From: Polyangiales bacterium
Lineage (GTDB): Bacteria > Myxococcota_A > Polyangia > Polyangiales > Polyangiaceae
Length of the DNA stretch: 21,625 nt
NCBI GenBank assembly: GCA_038230375.1
Contig: JBBRNJ010000118.1
Span: 1 to 21,625, forward strand
Direction of reading: 5' to 3'
Shown: in pieces, positions 17,015 to 21,625 of the stretch
How the letters are laid out: each line of letters begins with the position of its first letter
How positions within the stretch are numbered: the stretch's first letter is position 1
Notes under the pieces: generated by a model
Seen by the model: only the letters and a program-made list of their open reading frames with translations
Database searches by the model: none
What the model was told of the DNA's origin: nothing
Made by a program: the position numbers and the translations under genes

Positions 17015-20000
17015 ATGAAGCGCTCCCTTCTTGTTGCTGTCGCTGCAGGTACCTTCGCCATCTCGGGATGCGAAGACGGTCCGAACCAGACGTTCAACCC
17101 GTCGCCCTCCGGCGCCGGCGATACCTGGAACAACGGTAACTCGAATGGCAATGCCAACTCGGGAAGCCAGAACTTCACGGACAACGGAAGTACTGGCACC
17201 AACCGGAACGAGATCTGCGACGTCAACAAGAAGCACGCGGTCTGGGCCGAGATGGTGAAGAACCCCATCCACCCGCCCAGCGTCGGTGGCGGCCTCGACA
17301 TTGCTGGCGGACCGAAGGGCGACGGCGTGCCGGACCCCATGAGCAACCTGGCGAACGAGTCGTGGACCGGCCTCACGCTGGACCAGGCAGAGAAGATCAA
17401 CTGCCAGAGCACATTCGCCTATGACGAGTACGGCGACGGCTCCGTGTACGACTCCTACTGGGGCGACAACGGCGAGGTGCAGGTCAGCTACCGCGTCTCG
17501 AACCGCCAGATCCTGAACGTCATCCTCGCGCAGGGCTACCTCGGCACGCTCGACGTGACGAGCCCGCCCGACATGGCAGGCAAGAAGCACAACTACTCCG
17601 TCGGCGTCGGCGTCCCGATCTCGCTCGACAAGATGCCCCTCGCGCTCGACTGGAACGACGCCACCGGCTTCAACGCCAAGGTCAATGCCCTCTACAACGC
17701 TGTCACGGCGACCTACTCCCCCTTCCAGCCGGAGCCTGACTGCTTCGCGACCGGTCACTGCATCTCGAAGAAACTCACCGACGTCTACGCGTACATCTGG
17801 TTCACGACCGTCGGCTTCACGATGATCTTCCAGAACCCGTACATGAGCACCACGCTCGGCGCGACGCCGATCGAGGTCCAGCAGGACAAGACGAAGGTCC
17901 TCGGCTTCACGGATGCATCGGTCCTTCTCCAGAACGACGCGGCCGGTGTCGGCCCGCTCGTCCACCGCCCCAACGTCTTCGGCACCACGAAGAGCTGCGA
18001 CTACCAGCTCGGGCAGTCCTTCGGAACGTTCCGCGACACGTGCGTCGGTCCGCTCGCGGACACCACCAAGAACCAGGCGGAGCTCACCAAGCTGCTCTCC
18101 GGTCTTGGCCACGGCACGCAGACCTACTCGCTCGACGTCGTGGGCGTGGACCCCGGGTTCCTTGCATCGTCGATCAGCGAGCAGGCGGTCGTGCAGGACA
18201 CGGACAAGCCCACCGACAAGGACATTGGCTACGGCCTCTACGTCGACCAGAACACCGCTGGCAGGTTCGCCAACGACTGGGCCGCGAACGATCCCTGGGT
18301 GAAAGACGGAACGGGCAAGGACATCTCCAAGCAGGACTGGCACGGCTACGGCCTCCTCACCCTGCAGTGGGCCACGCGCATGCAGCGCGCCTTCAACAAG
18401 GCGACCGGAAACGTCCACCAGCTCGGTGACCCGGCGTGCCTCGGCGTTGCGAAGACGAACGCGCAGCTCAAGGCGGCGGGTTGCTCGGGCCTCGAGAGCA
18501 TCGTCACCACGGCGCCCGTCAACGCGCGCGGCCTCGCGAACGACGTGAACGCTCTGGCTGATGCGCCGCTGGGCAAGGACATTGCCGGCGTGGGGCTCAA
18601 CCTCAACGACCAGGCGGGGAAGAAGCCCTTCTTCAACGGCATGAGCCCCGGCATGAAGCCCACCACGTGGCAGGTCTACTTCTGTCCCGACGCCGTCGGC
18701 CTCAGCGGAGGCAAGATCGCCGCGGGAACCTACCTGCCCACGAACTGCAACCTGAACCAGGGTACGCCCTCGGACCTCTCGTACTTCAAGCACGCCTTGA
18801 ACCAGATGATCGCGGTCGCAGGCGGCGGCAAGACCACCTCCCTGCCCCAGGACTTCCAGGACATCCGCTACTTCTTCAAGGAGTGGATCTTCGCGCTCGT
18901 GCAGTACCTGGCGGTCGCGCCCGATCTGGCGTCGCAGACCATCGCGGCGATGGACCTTGTCATCCCCGACCAGAACAACCTCTTCTTCGACTCGATCGGC
19001 TCAGGCCAGTTCGAGTTCGCGGAGTACGTCGACCGTCGTAACGTGAAGGACGGCGTCGCGCCGCTCGACATCCGCATCACCGCGGACATTCTGCACGCGA
19101 TCATCAACGACTACGACTTCACCCGCACGCTCTTCCGCGGAGAGTCAGCGCTCTACACGGCCATGCACGGCGGCAAGCCTGGCGCAATCGGCGACAACAC
19201 GAACCCCGTGTTCCTCACGGATGTGTTTGGTTCGCCCACACTGGCCGGCATCTACCTGGACTCGGCGGACAAGAAGTCGGCGTTCAAGGACTACGACTGC
19301 GCCACCAGTGACGGGACCAACGCCGCGCTGAAGACCGCGTGCGGTGGGCTCGGCGCACCCGTCGACGCGGTCGGCGCTCCGCTGAAGAACGACGATGGCT
19401 CGCTCCTGCTCGCGCCCTACAAGGGGGCGTTCACAGGGACCGACTTCACGGTCGGCTCCCACTCGGGGATCACGCCGCTCGTGATCTCGCCGCTCATCCA
19501 GTCCGTCTGGGTCGAGCTTCCGGTGCACCAGGATCCGTACGACACGTCGAGCAAGCTGCTCCCCGCGGTCCGCAAGCTGATCCCGTGGCTCCCCGAGGGC
19601 GCTGGTGTCGGCTTCCCGATCGCCATCAACGGCTCGCAGGACAAGTGGATCAAGACCTTCCAGATGGACTTCTCTGGAGTCACGGTCTCCGCGAACGTCG
19701 ACTATCACCTGGTCCCCGCGGCCGCCGGTTCTGGAACTGACCTCAAGATCGAGGCCGTCGAGACGACGGACTTTCTTGGCGAGGTCTTCCTCTGCGCGGA
19801 CAGCAAGCTGGACCCCACGAAGGACGCCGACGCGCTCCTCCACGTGCGCATGTACTCGCCCGCAAACACGATCACGACCTGGTTCGCGAACCACCCGGAC
19901 TCGGTCACCGAGTGCGGCATCATCTACCAGTACAGCTCGTTCGGTAACTTCATCGACACGGTGACCTCCACCAAGAACGGCGTTCGCCTCGGTATCAACC

Positions 20001-20065
20001 CGGGCGGCGGCCAGGGCCGCATCATCGATGTCACCCTCTATGACACCACGACCACGGCGCAGTGA
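17015..20065 (+). CDS. Large lipoprotein of unknown function (1016 aa)
   Basis: MKRSLLVAVAAGTFAISG|C lipobox, a long ORF with strong C/G third-position bias, Asn/Thr/Asp/Gly/Tyr-rich, with 14 further Cys. No catalytic motif recognised. Confidence 0.9.
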   Translation: MKRSLLVAVAAGTFAISGCEDGPNQTFNPSPSGAGDTWNNGNSNGNANSGSQNFTDNGSTGTNRNEICDVNKKHAVWAEMVKNPIHPPSVGGGLDIAGGPKGDGVPDPMSNLANESWTGLTLDQAEKINCQSTFAYDEYGDGSVYDSYWGDNGEVQVSYRVSNRQILNVILAQGYLGTLDVTSPPDMAGKKHNYSVGVGVPISLDKMPLALDWNDATGFNAKVNALYNAVTATYSPFQPEPDCFATGHCISKKLTDVYAYIWFTTVGFTMIFQNPYMSTTLGATPIEVQQDKTKVLGFTDASVLLQNDAAGVGPLVHRPNVFGTTKSCDYQLGQSFGTFRDTCVGPLADTTKNQAELTKLLSGLGHGTQTYSLDVVGVDPGFLASSISEQAVVQDTDKPTDKDIGYGLYVDQNTAGRFANDWAANDPWVKDGTGKDISKQDWHGYGLLTLQWATRMQRAFNKATGNVHQLGDPACLGVAKTNAQLKAAGCSGLESIVTTAPVNARGLANDVNALADAPLGKDIAGVGLNLNDQAGKKPFFNGMSPGMKPTTWQVYFCPDAVGLSGGKIAAGTYLPTNCNLNQGTPSDLSYFKHALNQMIAVAGGGKTTSLPQDFQDIRYFFKEWIFALVQYLAVAPDLASQTIAAMDLVIPDQNNLFFDSIGSGQFEFAEYVDRRNVKDGVAPLDIRITADILHAIINDYDFTRTLFRGESALYTAMHGGKPGAIGDNTNPVFLTDVFGSPTLAGIYLDSADKKSAFKDYDCATSDGTNAALKTACGGLGAPVDAVGAPLKNDDGSLLLAPYKGAFTGTDFTVGSHSGITPLVISPLIQSVWVELPVHQDPYDTSSKLLPAVRKLIPWLPEGAGVGFPIAINGSQDKWIKTFQMDFSGVTVSANVDYHLVPAAAGSGTDLKIEAVETTDFLGEVFLCADSKLDPTKDADALLHVRMYSPANTITTWFANHPDSVTECGIIYQYSSFGNFIDTVTSTKNGVRLGINPGGGQGRIIDVTLYDTTTTAQ

Positions 20066-20078
20066 AGAGGAACAAGTC

Positions 20079-21625
20079 ATGAACCTATCCACCAAGACTC
20101 TCCTCCTCATCTGCGCGACCATCGGCCTGAGCTCCGCTCAGGGCTGTGTGTCGGACCGTCCGGCGCGTAACGGCGTCTTCAACGAGAACCAGTACCTCCG
20201 CAAGGCGTGGCTGATTCGTCCAGGTGAAGCCGGACCGGACGGCATGCCCGTCGCGGACAACGGGTGGATGCTGAAGTCCACCGTCACCGACGTCTCGAGC
20301 CCCAACGTGCTCGGCGGCGGCATGTTCGGCATCTTCGCCGGCGCGCACAACTTCGGTGACCAGGTCCGCTTCCAGGTGACCTCCGACAAGCTCCAGATGA
20401 TGAGCATGCGCGAGTTCTCGCCGAACGTCTCGGTGGGTCGTGCGGCCTCGGCCGTGAACGCCTGGCCGGTCACCAACGTCGACCTCAAGTACCGCATCAA
20501 CCTGGACGGCGAGACCACGAACTTCTACGAGGAGAACCAGGAGAACGACTGGGCCGTTCGCCAGTTCATCAGGGTCAACCTCGACAAGAACGACCTGTCG
20601 GACGTCGCGCCCCTCGGCCCGTTCCTCCAGGACTCGCTCAACAAGTGCGCGGACGTCGGCAATGCGTCGGCAACGCTCGTCCCCGGCAGCTTCGTGGCGT
20701 GGGACCACGACGACGGCAACGACTACATGCAGTGGTCGGTCAGCGTCACGGTTCCGCTCAACTGGAGCGACGGCACCTGCGTCGAGGCCTACGGCGAGGA
20801 CGGCATCCTTGCCGCCAACATCGGCCGCTACAACTCCACCTTCACGCTCAAGTACTCGCTCACGCGCGCCAAGTCGGATGCGGACGCGGTGAAGGACTAC
20901 ACGCCCCTCATCGTCGAAGAGAAGGACTCGATCCGTCACAAGTACGGGCCGATCCAGTACACGGCGTTCAACCGTGACGAGACCACCGGCCTCGTCGCCG
21001 CGAACCAGTACATGATCCGCTTCAACCCGAACAAGCCGATCGTCTGGTACTTCGAGAAGGGCTTCCCGGAGAACTACAAGCAGTTCTACCTTGGACCGAA
21101 CGGCATCAAGGACCAGACGAACGCGCTCCTCAAGCTGTCGAACGCCAAGGCCACCCTGGACTTCCGCAACGCGGATGACCCCACGGACCTCCCGAACGAC
21201 CTCGCCCACCCCGATGGCAACGGTGACGCGAAGCCGCGCGAGTTCGGCGACGTGCGCTTCAACTTCCTGCGCTGGGTCGCTGACAAGCAGCTCAACGGCG
21301 GTGGCTTCGCCGGCGTGACCCAGTTCAACATCGACCCGCGCACGGGTGAGACCCTGACGTCCGACATCGTCCTCGAGGACTTCGAGATCAGCGACTACTA
21401 CACGCAGCGCATCGACGCGTTCCTCAAGTCCGTGGGCGCCAGCGCCGACGTCAACAGCCCCGGCGAGTGGCCGACCCCCGCCTCCGGCGCCAACTGCAAG
21501 TCGGGCGACACCATCCCGATCCTCCCGGACACGGAGACCAACGTCCGCAACGCGAGCTCCTCTCTCTTCGGCATCGATGCGGGCTGCGGCCGCGGCGCCG
21601 CCGTCGCTCGTCCCCGAGGCGCCTC
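20079..21625 (+). CDS. Large lipoprotein, probable zinc-dependent metalloprotease-like (Met-zincin/EcxA-like), 3' truncated (>515 aa)
   Basis: Absent from the ORF track because it has no stop; translated by hand and open to the end. GAGGA RBS, MNLSTKTLLLICATIGLSSAQG|C lipobox, and KPIVWYFEKGFP, GDVRFNFLRW and DPRTGETLTSDI motifs. No HExxH within the window. Confidence 0.8.
   Translation, partial: MNLSTKTLLLICATIGLSSAQGCVSDRPARNGVFNENQYLRKAWLIRPGEAGPDGMPVADNGWMLKSTVTDVSSPNVLGGGMFGIFAGAHNFGDQVRFQVTSDKLQMMSMREFSPNVSVGRAASAVNAWPVTNVDLKYRINLDGETTNFYEENQENDWAVRQFIRVNLDKNDLSDVAPLGPFLQDSLNKCADVGNASATLVPGSFVAWDHDDGNDYMQWSVSVTVPLNWSDGTCVEAYGEDGILAANIGRYNSTFTLKYSLTRAKSDADAVKDYTPLIVEEKDSIRHKYGPIQYTAFNRDETTGLVAANQYMIRFNPNKPIVWYFEKGFPENYKQFYLGPNGIKDQTNALLKLSNAKATLDFRNADDPTDLPNDLAHPDGNGDAKPREFGDVRFNFLRWVADKQLNGGGFAGVTQFNIDPRTGETLTSDIVLEDFEISDYYTQRIDAFLKSVGASADVNSPGEWPTPASGANCKSGDTIPILPDTETNVRNASSSLFGIDAGCGRGAAVARPRGA

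Noticed and set aside
16892..21209. Minus-strand ORFs of 633, 325 and 374 aa
   Set aside because: Shadows of the two lipoprotein genes, which have lipoboxes and correct codon bias.

Overview
High-GC bacterial DNA, probably from a myxobacterium (Myxococcota, Polyangiales-like). This is inferred from the gene content, the eukaryotic-like kinase and the Pro-rich/DAG-repeat lipoproteins. Bases 168-8603 on the minus strand are a type II secretion (gsp) operon: gspC-gspD-gspE-gspF, an uncleavable GspG-like gene, gspG and gspH, running into a low-complexity, probably artefactual left end. Upstream of gspC lie a near-consensus sigma-54 -24/-12 motif, an AT-rich tract and two inverted repeats. The middle holds a membrane Ser/Thr kinase, a carboxylesterase, an NADPH-dependent FMN reductase coupled to a trypsin-like protease, and a tight minus-strand block of [2Fe-2S] ferredoxin, hypothetical protein, isochorismatase and an NtrC-family sigma-54 activator. 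The right third encodes four consecutive lipoproteins: a His/Met-rich protein, a convergent CupA-like cupredoxin, a 1016-aa Cys-paired protein I cannot assign to a family, and a >515-aa Met-zincin-like protein that the ORF track missed and the window end truncates. The best candidates for something new are the giant lipoprotein pair, the modified T2SS and its apparent sigma-54 circuit. No RNA genes, CRISPR arrays or mobile elements were seen. All family calls come from motif recognition by eye, not database searches.
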